From contig NC_043012.1 of the NCBI RefSeq assembly GCF_006345805.1, positions 41,168,001-41,232,000 on the forward strand: DNA of 64,000 nt, in the 5' to 3' direction. The translations under genes were made by a program, and so were the position numbers. This document shows positions 11,515 through 23,503 of the stretch, one piece after another (position 1 is the first letter of the stretch; every line of letters begins with the position of its first letter). This DNA is from Octopus sinensis. Its lineage: Eukaryota. A model generated the notes under the pieces. The model ran no database searches, was not told the origin of the DNA, and worked only from the letters and a program-made list of their open reading frames with translations.

Positions 11515-13035
11515 TTAATTAGGATTGTCCGGTGGAGGGGGACCCTCCACCTTTTTTTTATCCAGGGTCGGAGGTGGACGGTCTTGGGAAATAGATTTGT
11601 CAAAATCCCGTCTCACCACCGACACAGAATTATCAGGTGGAGGGGGAATCTCCACCTTTTCCTTTTCTCGCGGGATCGGAGCTGGTAATCCATGAAATAT
11701 CGACTTGTTAAAATCTAATCTCAATGAAGATACAGTCTTTCTGTACTTATTTTGTAGAATTCTATAAGTCTTATTTGAGACTTCATATATGTCGTAATTG
11801 ATAAATTCCTCTGAAAGGTTATCAATTTTTTTTACAGTCTTTATGAGTTGAATGTCTCTCATGAGCTCAGTATCTTTAGTGTATACGGCTATTATGCCTT
11901 TTTCTTTTTTCTCTTCTGGCAGTCTTTTTTGGTCGTTGTTCTGTAGTAGTCGCCGCTCTCGGCTGGGTGCTGGTTGTATTTTTCTTTTGTTTGTTGTTTT
12001 TTTCTCATCTGTTTCTTCTTTATCTTCTTCCTCTTTGTCTTTTTTCCTCTTCCTCCTCTTCTTCATTTTCCTTGCAGTTCCTTCGAATGTGGCCTAATTG
12101 ACCACATAAAAAACATCGAGGTTTTCGGCCCTCAACAAACACCACGAGGTTCTCCTCCCCTACCTCAATTGTCTCAGGAATTGTTTGAATTATTTTAGGG
12201 TCCGCTTGAATGAGAAGATTAATTGTTTTACCATCCCAGCGTGGGTTTTCCGTAGCGGTAGCCTGGAGGAGAGTAATTTTTTCTACCTCTTTGATTAGGA
12301 CTGCCGCCAACAACCACATAGGTTCGACCTCTGGCGGGACCCTTGTAATTTTTATTCGCGACGTCCTCATCCCCATATAATAGGGTATTAACTCCACGTC
12401 GTTCGTTTTCAACGTTTCACTGAGTTCTTGTGTGCTATTTCTTTATTGGTGAACCTTACTTCCACCGTTCCGAATTTTTTTCCTCTTCTCAGAAATACTA
12501 CGTCGCCCAATATTGGCTTTAAGCACTTTTCTATTTTCTCTTCTGACATTCTTTCAATTTTTCTTTTGTAGACAATATGTTTTGAAAATTATTGTTTTTT
12601 GCTTTTCTTCCTGTAATAACTTTTGCGGAGGTTCAATTTTCACACTGTTGTCATTTATTTCCATCATTTTGCTGTATTTCATAATTTCGCTTTTATTCGT
12701 CGACAGTATCTGGGTTCCACCCCCAGCAGCCAACGCAAAACTTTTTTTTCCATTTTTTGGTTCTATCTGGATGCTAGGCACATCAATTATTCTCTTCGAC
12801 ACAATGCCTTTGTTCTCTGGCAAAGTCGGAAACTCTTCTGGTGAAAGTTCTGACGAGCTCTCAGACACATCTCCAAAAATATCAAATATATTATCCTCTC
12901 TGCTATTCCTTCTTGTAGCGGGGGAACCCCTATTTCCTTGTCTGTAGTTGGCTCCTCGCCGGACATGTATTTCCTCCTCTCAACAGGAGAAACAAGTATT
13001 TCTGCTCCAACGGTAGGCTCCATGCTAGACGACAT
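11515..13035 (-). CDS. LINE ORF1 (gag-like, CCHC zinc knuckle), split by frameshifts or a stop
   Basis: Consecutive ORFs 12787-13062, 12554-12868, 12020-12412 (CFLCGQLGHIRRNC) and 11515-12066 (K/E-rich, duplicated PPPPDN); ATG at 13035. Confidence 0.8.
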
Positions 13036-13199
13036 TCTTCCCCCCAAAGGGGGAATGAACAACGCGTGCTACCACAAGCACTAAGTGTTTTCAATTGAAA
13101 ACTCCAACAGTTAAGTTATTCAACAGTTTAACAAGAAACAACAGTTGTTAACAGTATTAACACCACGAAACAGCAATTCTTACTTCACGAACACAAGTG

Positions 13200-13264
13200 C
13201 GGCAGATGAAATACGGCTACGCATTTCGTTCGGCGTGCTAACGTTTCTGCCATCTCGCTGCCTT
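13200..13264 (-). mobile_element. 5' half of the family A SINE interrupted by the LINE (3' half at about 7810-7862)
   Basis: Head AAGGCAGCGAGATGGCAGAAACGTTAGCACGCC...CGTATTTCATCTGCCG resumes after the LINE as CGTATTTCGTCTGCCGTTTCGTTCTGAGTTCAAATTCCGCCGAGGTCG. Confidence 0.9.
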
Positions 13265-13687
13265 GAGGTGTTCATCTATTAAAGGTTAAATGCGAAGAGA
13301 AACTTTTCGCCGAAAAATCCGAAACTCAAAAATAAACAACGAGTTTCTACGGTTTCTTTCGCATCGCTCAGTCTTGTTTTACTTGAAGAAGACTTTGTAC
13401 TTTAATTATTTGTTTGTTTATTTATCTAATTATTTATTTATTTTTTGTACTCGATAGACTAAATTTTTTAAAAAATCTGAGAAGAGTTCTTGTGGTTCCA
13501 ATATAACGTAGATGACAGAGTTACTTAAATTCATGTGTGCGGTATATAAATGGGTATGCATGAATGTATGTATGTATGTACAAGATATATAATATATAAA
13601 TATATATATATATTATATACATACACACCACACACACACACCACACACACACACACATATAATTTATATATATATTACTCTTTTACT

Positions 13688-14078
13688 CTTTTACTTGTTT
13701 CAGTCATTTGACTGCGGCCATGCTGGAGCACCGCCTTTATTCGAGCAAATCGACCCCGGGACTTATTCTTTTGTAAATCCAGTACTTATTCTATCGGTCT
13801 CTTTTGCCGAACCGCTAAGTGACGGGGACGTAAACACACCAGCATCGGTTGTCAAGCAATGCTTGGGGGACAAACACAGACACACAAACACACACACACA
13901 TATATATATATATACATATATACGACAGGCTTCTTTCAGTTTCCGTCTACCAAATCCACTCACAAGGCATTGGTCGGCCCGGGGCTATAGCAGAAGACAC
14001 TTGCCCAAGATGCCACGCAGTGGGACTGAACCCGGAATCATGTGGTTGGTTAGCAAGGTACTTACCACACAGCCACTC
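13688..14078 (-). mobile_element. tRNA-derived SINE (family C, probable Meta-domain type), full length
   Basis: Head GTGGCTGTGTGGTAAG...GGTTCAGTCCC, central GCCTTGTGAGTGGATTTGGTAGACGGAAACTGAAAGAAGCC, tail GGCGGTGCTCCAGCATGGCC...GACTGAAACAAGTAAAAGA. Meta-domain naming is from recall. Confidence 0.85.
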
Positions 14079-14216
14079 GTATTTTGTGTGTGTAAATATA
14101 TAATTAAGTACTTCTGTCTACCCGGTTCCAAGAAGAAAAAAAACGTACCAATTTGTCAGGTTTGTTTTTAAACTTAACTTGTCAAGCAGAAGTAAACAGC
14201 TACATAACTGTGGCAC

Positions 14217-14278
<62 letters not shown>

Positions 14279-14508
14279 GTATATGTATGTATATATATAT
14301 ATGCATATGTGTGTGTGTGTGTGTGCGCGTGTGTTTGTGTATGTACATATATATATATACATATATGTAAGAATATATTATATATGTATATATGTATATA
14401 TATATATATATATATATACATTTGCATGTTTATGTGTGTATGTATATATACGTATATATATACACACTCATACAAACACTTACTGAGACTCGCACACACG
14501 CACACACA

Positions 14509-14541
<33 letters not shown>

Positions 14542-14576
14542 CGCGTGTATGCCTGTTTTTCCTGGGATGGATGTTT

Positions 14577-14627
<51 letters not shown>

Positions 14628-15299
14628 TGTGTGTGTGGTGTGTGTGTCTAGTCTTGTGAAGCTGATTAACACTCTGCGAACTGTGAAGTGTTTAGACGGA
14701 TGCGGGTTACCACACAGCTCCCAGCGACATTACATCAAAGTTTGCCACAAACAGACCACTCAACTGGCGGAAGCCACTTGAATGTAGATAAGTGTATGTG
14801 GGGCAGGAACATTGCGAGGTGATATGCAGTGGGAGCAGAAGAATTATGCCGAGTGTTTCTTTAATTTGAGAAATTACGAAATTTCATTCCTTTTCTAACA
14901 TGGGTATATATTTTATCCCAAGAAATACGAACTCCCACAGAACCTGATGTAAATCTAGCGTGTAGGGGCCAGCACTGTAGCAGCCAATACTGCTGCTGGT
15001 GTTGTTGCAGTTGCTGTTTAGCCCCAGGTTAAGTCTCATCAAGAAGGTCTATCATCATAGATGTTCACGCATTGAGACTGAACCCGGAACCATGTGGTTG
15101 GGAAGCAAGTTTCTTACCACACAGCCAGTGTAACTTTTATTAGAATTTCTTATTTAAGACAATAGAGTATAATTCTAAGGATATATTAGCTGCTATTTTC
15201 AGCAGTTTGAATGACAATATAGAGACTCTTTCATTGGTTGATGTGAGATAATCTCGAGGAACAGGTTGATAACAATAACAACAACTACAACAATAATAG

Positions 15300-15510
15300 T
15301 TTCGACTTTTGGCTAAAGGCCAGCGATTTTAGGGGGAGGGGGTAAATCAATGGCATCACCCCAGAACTCACCGGGAACTTATTTTATCGATACCGATTGA
15401 TGAAAGGCAAAGTCGACCTCTGTCATTTGAACTGAGAATGTAAAGACGGACGAAATGCCGCCAGGGATTTTGTTCGGCATGCTAACGGCTCTGCCAGCAC
15501 GTTGCCTTAC
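15300..15510 (-). mobile_element. tRNA-derived SINE (family A)
   Basis: Head GGCAACGTGCTGGCAGAGCCGTTAGCA, B box AGTTCAAAT, body GTCGACTTTGCCTTTCATC. Confidence 0.75.
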
Positions 15511-16984
15511 TTCTAATGAGTAATAAAGTCATCTAACATATCATGCGATTGTTATTTAAGAGGTCTCCCTAAGTCAAAAGGCAGCCACTGGATTTTATAA
15601 ACGATTGACCACTCTCATTTGCAGGTTTTGATGGTGAGGTGGGTGCAATCCGTTATCGTAAGCAAAAGGATTTGGATTGTTTGTCCACTACGGAGAGGAT
15701 TTAATGTGAGGAAAGAACAACTGCACAAACCAACGAGCACAGCACAATGATATTTTAATAAGAACCGAGATGATTGCTGGACCCTGGGTCTGATCTGAAT
15801 CTGTGTGTAGCACAGTTATAACCTAAAGCTTCTCAAGAATGCAACCGTGGATTGTGTTGAACTGCGGAATATTATGCAAATTAGATATTAGTCTTCTACC
15901 ATAGCCTCGGGTCGCAAAAACGTTATATGAGGAATCTGGAGGATGCAAACCAAAGACTCGTCCGCCAAATGGGTTTCTATCTTTTTTCTGGTACCCAGGG
16001 ATCAGGAAATGGTATTAAGCGATCACCCGATCGTTGGGTAGTTTTAGCCGAGTGCATTCTATTGCCAGCATTTAACCCAAGTCTACGATCTAAGCATACT
16101 TTCTTCCCGTCTTCTCGTATTCCCACCAGCTTTAGAGGTCCTGAAAAGGGTTATGGAACAGACCCTCACTTCCCTAACTGAATGATGGAAAATGTATGAT
16201 AAAATGAAATTCACAATTTCTGAACGAAAGACGTGGTGGTCACGTTTGAACATGTTTGCTTTGATGTTTGTCGGGTCAAAATTTATCTCAGGCTTAAAAA
16301 CAACAAGGTTCAACATAACTACTAACAACTAAATGGACTCGTCTATTGACTTTTAACTTGCTTTTCCAGTGCACCGTCACCTCTGACATTTACAGGCCAT
16401 GACCGCGACAGGAAAGTTTACGCTAATTGGCTTACTTCGGTACCTATTTCTCCATCATAAGACCTAAAATCGACACCAAACACTAGACTTACACTGTAAG
16501 TCTAGCTCTCGCGTTTGTAAAGTAGTTGTATTTAGTAAGAGCTGAAATTCCCGGTACTAATGGAATTAATGAGCGTGAAATTGTAATATTAATCTTCCTA
16601 TCAGATATTATGTAATATTTTGAATTTTTTTTATTTTACTCTTTTTGTTTTAAATAGCATTTCTAATTGGTAACTATGTAAATAATAAAAAAGTTTTTCA
16701 TACTTACTTTGAAATGATACATTTTCCGGAAACATGGCTTCCGTCTCTCTTGTGTTGTTGTTGTTTGCGGTTTCGTTATTTCTCTCCAAGACAGTCCTCA
16801 TTGGGCAGGTCTATTGTTAAAATCATTCCAGCTGTGAACATTCCATTTTTTCTACATTCATGCCTGCATTATCTAATGCATCCTTTTTTTTCTTTTTGTC
16901 GTTTGCGAAATAGCATTATGTAGAATGGGATCTGCAGCAGCTTGGGTGTTTGTGTAAATATCTTTCCATTAAAATAATCTTTTC

Positions 16985-17374
16985 TACTCCAGGGTCAAGG
17001 CCCAAAATTTTTGGTGAGGAAGCCATTCGATTAGGTCGACCCAAGTGCGTAACTGGTACTTAATTTATCGACCCCGAAAGGATGAAAGGCAAAGTCGACC
17101 TCGGCGAAATTTGAACTCAGAACGTAACGGCAGACGAAATACCTATTTGTTTACTACACACAAGGGGCTAAACATAGAGGGGACAAACAAAGACAGACAA
17201 ATGGATTAAGTCGATTATATCGACCCAGTGCGTAACTGGTACTTATTTAATCGACCTCGAAAGGATGAAAGGCAAAGTCGACCTCGGCGGAATTTGAACT
17301 CACAACGTAACGCAGACGAAATACCGCTAAGCATTTCGTCCGGCGTGCTAACGTTTCTACCAGCTCGCCGCCTT
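16985..17374 (-). mobile_element. Nested pair of family A SINEs
   Basis: One head and two bodies with different tails; GCAGACGAAATACC is duplicated at 17130-17143 and 17312-17325. Confidence 0.85.
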
Positions 17375-18095
17375 AGTAACACGTAACATTAACGCATAAG
17401 AAATAATAGAAACACAATCATAAATAAAGGCAAATGTCCCTACATGGGTGGGAAATCGCCATCTTGTGGGTATATCAGGGTAACCTACAACTATAGCCTT
17501 CTTCTGCTTCCCTTTACATAAATAGAAAGAAAGTCATAAAAATACAAAGACTGCATTGAAAATGACAACACATTATATTCAAATCTGACACTGTTTGGTT
17601 GAACGTTATACAATTAGAAAGCTGATAAATATTCACTGTAGGGATAGTAAAAAAAAAAAAACTAGGAAAAAAACTAATACAAATATCTAAAAAACGAGAA
17701 GGGGGATAAACAACCGTGATTTGTCATAAAGAATTCCAACACCCACAAGATAGATGCTGAAGTAACGGATAAGTTGATAGGAGAGAGGTGTAACAACGAC
17801 GAAATTTTGAAGATAAACACTTATGGTTAGGATAGGCTACGGAATTGCATGATAAAGTGGTGACAAGAAAAACGACCAAATGGCCAATATCTCGGGCAAA
17901 TATTCAACAGAAAATTTTTTTTAAAAAGGTGCAGACGTGACTATATATAAGAAATTTATTTCCCAACTAAATGGTTCCGGTTTCAGTCCCACTGCATAGC
18001 ATCTCGGGCCTCTGTTTCAACTTTAGCCTTGGGCCGATCAAAGCCTTGTGAGTGGATTTGGCAGACGGTGCAGTAACTGAAAGAAGCCCATCGTA

Positions 18096-18839
18096 TATAT
18101 GGTCGACTCTAGCGCTAAAAATAGATCCGCTATGGTTTTAGCCGCTAAAAATTGTTTCCAAGGAGAATTAACACAACATTTGCGGATCTATTTTTAGCGC
18201 TAGAGTCGACCATATAGTGGTCACTCTCTTATATTTATGTATAAATTTTTATTGTATCCCTGGTTTTTATGCGCTAAGCCACTTGGTGTTAAATTGATGA
18301 TATCATTAAATTAATATCTAATTTTTCACCCTTATTTGTAATTTTAATTATACTGCAGTGAATCTTTTATGCAGTATTCGTTTCCGGAAGTCTTATTGCA
18401 TTTTTGGCGGAGGAATTTGAATCATAACTGTTAGTACAATCGATTAAACCGCACGTGTGTTTGACGTTATGTTAAAATTTAGCATGCGATTTAATAAATT
18501 GTATTTTAGACAAATTCTACTGATGAACTATAGATGTTGTGTAAGTAAAATTGCATATTACATTAATAGCGAAACAATTGTCCAGAGTTATTCTATATTT
18601 TTGTTATTTTTCACTTGCCTCGTTTACGTTAAATGTTGTGTTAATTCTCCTTGGGAACAAGTTTTAGTGGCTAATACGATTGCGGGTCTATTTTTAGCGC
18701 TAGAGTCGACCATATAGTGGTCACTTTCTTATGTTTATGTATAAATTTTTATTGTATCCCTGGTTTTTATGCGCTAAGCCACTTGGTGTTAAATTGATGG
18801 GATCATTAAATTAATATCTAATTTTTCACCCTTATTTGT

Positions 18840-18842
<3 letters not shown>
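18096..18842. repeat. 35-bp perfect inverted repeat plus 164-bp direct repeat (MITE-like compound)
   Basis: TATATGGTCGACTCTAGCGCTAAAAATAGATCCGC at 18096-18130, with reverse complement at 18182-18216 and near-identical at 18682-18716; 18179-18342 recurs at 18679-18842. Confidence 0.75.
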
Positions 18843-18894
<52 letters not shown>

Positions 18895-18901
<7 letters not shown>

Positions 18902-19205
18902 ACAATCAGAAATAGTCGGGCACTGGACGAGAGCGTGCAGAACGATTTCGTTGCTCTGTGCTCCTCTCGGGCAAGCCCGGTTGACTGCACTTTCATGTCT
19001 GTGGAGATTACCCCGAACCAGCAGTGTCCAGAGATAGCACTGCCACGTCAAGGAATTCTGGAAATTATCCATAGGCCGCGGCCCGAAAGTTCTCCGGAAC
19101 AAACCAGGCCAACTCATTCTCGTCGACACCCAGAGTCTCTCCGAGAACGTTGTTGCACTTACCCGCCACTAACCCTCTGTAGAATGCCTGCGTGGAACTT
19201 CCACC
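18895..19205 (-). pseudogene. Relic of a second Tx1/L1-like ORF2 C-terminus
   Basis: LFRRTFGPRPMDNFQNSLTWQCY...ACPRG...HALVQCP aligns to LFHRTFGLRTLDNFQKSLTWQCY...CPRCG...HAIVQCP of the 8112-9014 ORF. Confidence 0.8.
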
Positions 19206-19250
19206 GATATTGTTGTTGTTGTTGTTGTTATTATTATTATTATTATTATT

Positions 19251-19281
<31 letters not shown>

Positions 19282-19323
19282 TAATAATAATAATAATAAT
19301 AATAACAATAATAATAATAATAT

Positions 19324-21037
19324 ACTAGCGATTGTCAAACAATTCAGTGATGACATCAGAATGCAATTTGGCCTCGATAAATGCGCAAAAGCTACCTTTA
19401 TCAAAGGAAAAATGACAGAAACATCTAACGTTAACCTTGACCAGCAGAATGTCATAAAAGAATTAGACCCAGCAGAGAACTACAAGTATCTAGGGGTAAT
19501 TGAAGGAGAAGAAATAAGGCATTCAGAGATGAAGGAAAGGATCAGGAGAGAATGTTATCGCAGAGTAAGAGCAATACTCAAGACAGAGCTGAATGCGAGA
19601 AACAGGATCGAAGCGATCAATGCATTAGCCATACCAGTCGTGACTTACAGTTTCAGTATCGTTAACTGGTCGATTACTGAAATATGTAATCTTGAGAGAA
19701 AAATACGAGAACTGTTGACAATGCATAGAATGCACCACCCTAAGGCAGATACAGAACGACTTTATCTGCCAAGAAAAGAGGGAGGCCGTGGACTTTTACA
19801 ACTGGCAATAACAATGAAGATTGCTACAATTGGCCTAGACACCTACCTGAAAAACTCTGAGGACTGGATGTTAAAACTTGTCTCAAAACATGAAAACAAG
19901 AAAGCATCATACTCAGTAACAAAACAGGCAAAGGAATATCTAAGTGAATTCCGAATACAACAAATTTCGGAATTAGAGATAGACATACAAGAAACAGGCA
20001 CAGAAAAAGCTAAGCGCATGAAAACCCGTGCTAAATCTGCGGCCTTAGATATTCTGAATGATAATGGCAAGAAAACCTCTCTATGGCAAATACCCAAAGA
20101 GAGCAAATAATGCAGATGTTGACAAAGCCCTGACCCATCAATGGCTAATGGCCTCTGGCTTAAAATCTGAAACAGAGGGGTTTATCATAGCAGCTCAAGA
20201 TCAATGCCTACCAACAGAAACTACCAGGCCAACATATTAAAGATCAGAAGCAGTCCAACGTGTCGTGTAGCAAGCAACAAAATGAAACCATTGACCTTTT
20301 GATCTCCAAGTCAGTCTTCTAGCGCCTACAGAGTATCTCAACAGGCACGATAGAGCTGCACAATATATTCACTGGGTAATCTGTAAAAACCTGGATTTGC
20401 CCCATGAAAAAAATGGTGGGAACACCAACCACCCCCAGTGCTTGAAAATGACCACATCTCACTCCTCTGGAACTTCACCATTCAAACTGACAGAAAGATA
20501 GATGCAAATAGGCCAACATCATATTGAAAGACTTCAAACAAAGAACATGCCTCCTCATTGATATGACTGTCCCAATCGATATAAACGTATCTGTCAAGAC
20601 CTACCAAAAACTGAGCAAATATAAAGATCTTGAAATAGAAATCAGCAAAATGTGGAAGCTGAAGACTAAAACAATACCTGTTGTCATAGGTGCCCTGGGA
20701 ATGATAGCAAAAGGGGCAGATAGCTACCTAACTCAGATACCAGGAAACCCAAAAATGGCAGAAATTCAAAAGATAGTGCTCATGGGAACTGCTCATATCC
20801 TACGCAAAATACTTTCTATGTAATCTCAAGGTTTAAAACAAACATAATTTTCGGTTTAAGAAAAAAAAAACCAAAAAAAAAACTTTTTTTTAGACATTCA
20901 TTAGTACAACCCCCCCCCCAAATATATGGCACACTAGGCATAACAACAACATGAACTTCCAACCCGTTGTCTCTTGAGGTCTCTGGGTGAGACTTGGAGC
21001 CAACTTGTACAAATATAAAGCAAAAGTCAAACATAGA

Positions 21038-21040
<3 letters not shown>
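19324..21040 (+). mobile_element. 5'-truncated R4/Dong-like RLE non-LTR retrotransposon in (TAA)n
   Basis: RT end (QFGLDKC, YKYLG), RLYLPRKEGGRGL, degenerate zinc finger, RHD, and RLE nuclease region (LID...KYKDLEIEI..MW...IPVVIGALG). Frameshifted; (TAA)n on both sides. Confidence 0.88.
19361..20823 (+). pseudogene. RT-RLE polyprotein remnant of the R4/Dong-like element
   Basis: ORF pieces 19361-20110, 20058-20240 and 20524-20823 join by frameshifts. Confidence 0.8.
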
Positions 21041-21073
<33 letters not shown>

Positions 21074-21343
21074 GAATATAATAATAATAAGAAGAAGTAA
21101 AGAAAGAAGAAAAGAAGAAGAAGAAGGATCAGGAGGAAGAAAAAGAGAGAGGGGTGGAGGAAGAGGAAGAAAAAGAAGAAGAAAAAAGAGAAGAAGAAGA
21201 AGAAGAAGAGAGAAGAAGAAAAAGAAGAAGAAAAGAAGAAGAAGAGGAGGAGGAGGAATAAGAAGAAGAAGAAGAAAAAGAAGAAGAAGAAGAAGAAGAA
21301 GAAGAAGAAGAAGAAGAAGAAGAAGAAGAAGAAGAAGAAGAAG
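21041..21343 (+). repeat. (TAA)n followed by (GAA)n microsatellite
   Basis: Direct reading. Confidence 0.95.
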
Positions 21344-21954
21344 ACAGGCTGTGGATCTCATGGCTTCTGGTCTTAACTTATTGGAAGTGTTATCACGTAC
21401 ATTGTTTTGTTTTGATATAAAAGATGGACAACAGCAAATATTCTACTCAATACCTCAGATTTGCTTGTCAGTTGTTTGACCTTAACCAGTTGAGGATGTC
21501 CTTTGTTGGTGGCTGACGATATGGGCATCTCTGATCACGAGTAAGGAATAGTGGGGAAGCATCATAGTCATGTGTTGAGAAGAATTCTTTGGAGTTTGAA
21601 TAATTCATCTCTGGATGAGCCTGGTCTTAAGTTGGGGTTTAAACAATGGCAATTAAATATGGTTTTCAAGAAATTGCAATCACGTCGAGACATCTCTCGG
21701 CAGTTTTGGAACATTTTTCTACGTCTATTCCACCAAACCGGGATGGGCTTATATGACTCTAAGAAAATTGGGTCCCACCTGTAAGGACATGTGCTTTTCA
21801 TCTTGCTATGAGATCATCGTGTCACCGACACTTGGTTGTGATGCATAAGCTTGGTGTACCCATATCAGACGGGTAGTCATGATGGATATATATATTAGGC
21901 TTCGTATATTTGTACCCCACAGTCACTTTGATGACATGTGCTGCCGTCTCACCC
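21344..21954 (+). mobile_element. Non-coding (TAA)n-tailed dispersed repeat
   Basis: 3' end ...CTGCCGTCTCACCCAATAATAA matches the reverse complement of 63812-64000; part of the interior recurs at about 23570-23700. Confidence 0.7.
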
Positions 21955-22831
21955 AATAATAATAATAATAATAATAATCCTTGTACTAAAGGCACAAGGC
22001 CTGAAATTTGTGGGGAGGGGACTTGTCGATTACATCGATCCCAATGTTTTACCGTTACTCATTTTATCGACCCCGAAGCGATAAAAAGGCCAAGTCAACC
22101 TTGATAGAATTTGAACGCAGAACGTGAAAACGGGCATTTTGCCCGGCGTGCTAACGATTCTGCCAGCTCGCAATAGCAATAATAGTAATATGAATGAGGG
22201 TCAATCGTTTAGTTACAAGGTCAATAATTTTGAAGGAAGAAAGTAAGGTGATGCTGTGGACACGAGTATTTAAGTGGTACTCTATCTGTATTTTATCCAC
22301 AAACACCCTTCTGCCCACAAGGATGAAATACCGAATCTTAGAAACTAAAACGGTTTTCATCGCAATGACCTGACCAGGGTTTCTCGTTTCTCCGGTTCCT
22401 TCCTGGAGGAGCAAGGCCATATCCAAATACAGCGAAGATATTAGGGAAGTGTGTTCTACTAAAGAGCTTGAAAGCAAAGGAAATGGCTTAATATCCAGAC
22501 TTCCTTAAGTGTCAGGCTTCAGATATTTGTTTGCTAAGAACAATTGTAGTATTTGAGGCTCTTATTGTTGCTACTGTTGCTACCGCTGTTGTTGATGATG
22601 ATAATGATGATGATGTTGTCGACTTCTGAAAAAAGAGGAAACTGTACAAAATGTTCACTCGTTAATAAAAAATTAATTAATCATATTTGTTTCAGCTTTA
22701 CATATTAATTTAATTCTCTTAACAACGCGGTATTTCCTTTACAGCTTGACCGCACTTGCTTTATAATAACGATAATAATAACGATAATATTAACGATAAT
22801 AATAACGATAATAATAATAATAATAATAATA

Positions 22832-22880
<49 letters not shown>

Positions 22881-22892
22881 TTAATGATAATG

Positions 22893-22943
<51 letters not shown>

Positions 22944-23299
22944 TAATAATAATAATAATAATAATACTTTATACTGAGCCACAGGAAAAGCATCTACAGT
23001 GGATTTCCAGTCGCCTAGAAATAGTAGCCATTATGTCCCCACTCAAGTTATACCCTGCCGTAATGCCATGTTAGATAATGTAGGGACAGATCACTTAAGA
23101 AGTTGGGACTGTCACAGCCGGGATGCCTTACGTGAAAAACCTGCTTAATCAAGTTTTAACTGTGGCAAACCAACAATAACAACAACTAACGAAGAAGCTT
23201 CTGTGTGGTCACATTATCTGCTAGAAGTGTTAGCCAACACAACCTCAAAGCACACCCGACAATCTCAAAAGAAACAAAGCAGATCTCAAACAGACAATA

Positions 23300-23503
23300 T
23301 ACTGGGGGGTACAGAAAGTTTCTGGTTTTAAAGGTATCTCAAAAGACTTGGCTGGAGGCCCAGCCTTCCGAGTTCCTTTGCAGGACCGCTGCAATAAGTG
23401 TGTGACTCTGAGAGCGGAATATCTTGAATAAAGTCATGATTAACTCATCCTCTTGTATTTTCTTTTATCAAAGCCAAGAACTTTTCAGCACTCCTTCGAA
23501 GTA
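23300..23503. mobile_element. Mariner-derived MITE, degenerate
   Basis: Homologous to 61773-61992, with AAAGCCAAGAACTTTTCAGCAC terminal motif. Confidence 0.65.

Larger units (their letters stand above)
7863..13199 (-). mobile_element. Full-length Tx1/L1-clade non-LTR retrotransposon (LINE) with 16-bp TSD
   Basis: 5'UTR, ORF1 with CCHC knuckle, ORF2 with APE-RT-zinc finger, ~250-bp 3'UTR. Flanked by CGGCAGACGAAATACG (7847-7862) and CGGCAGATGAAATACG (13200-13215), which split a family A SINE head. Confidence 0.92.

Noticed and set aside
20816-21479. Poly-Leu and poly-Arg/Asn ORFs
   Set aside because: Products of the (TAA)n/(GAA)n tracts.
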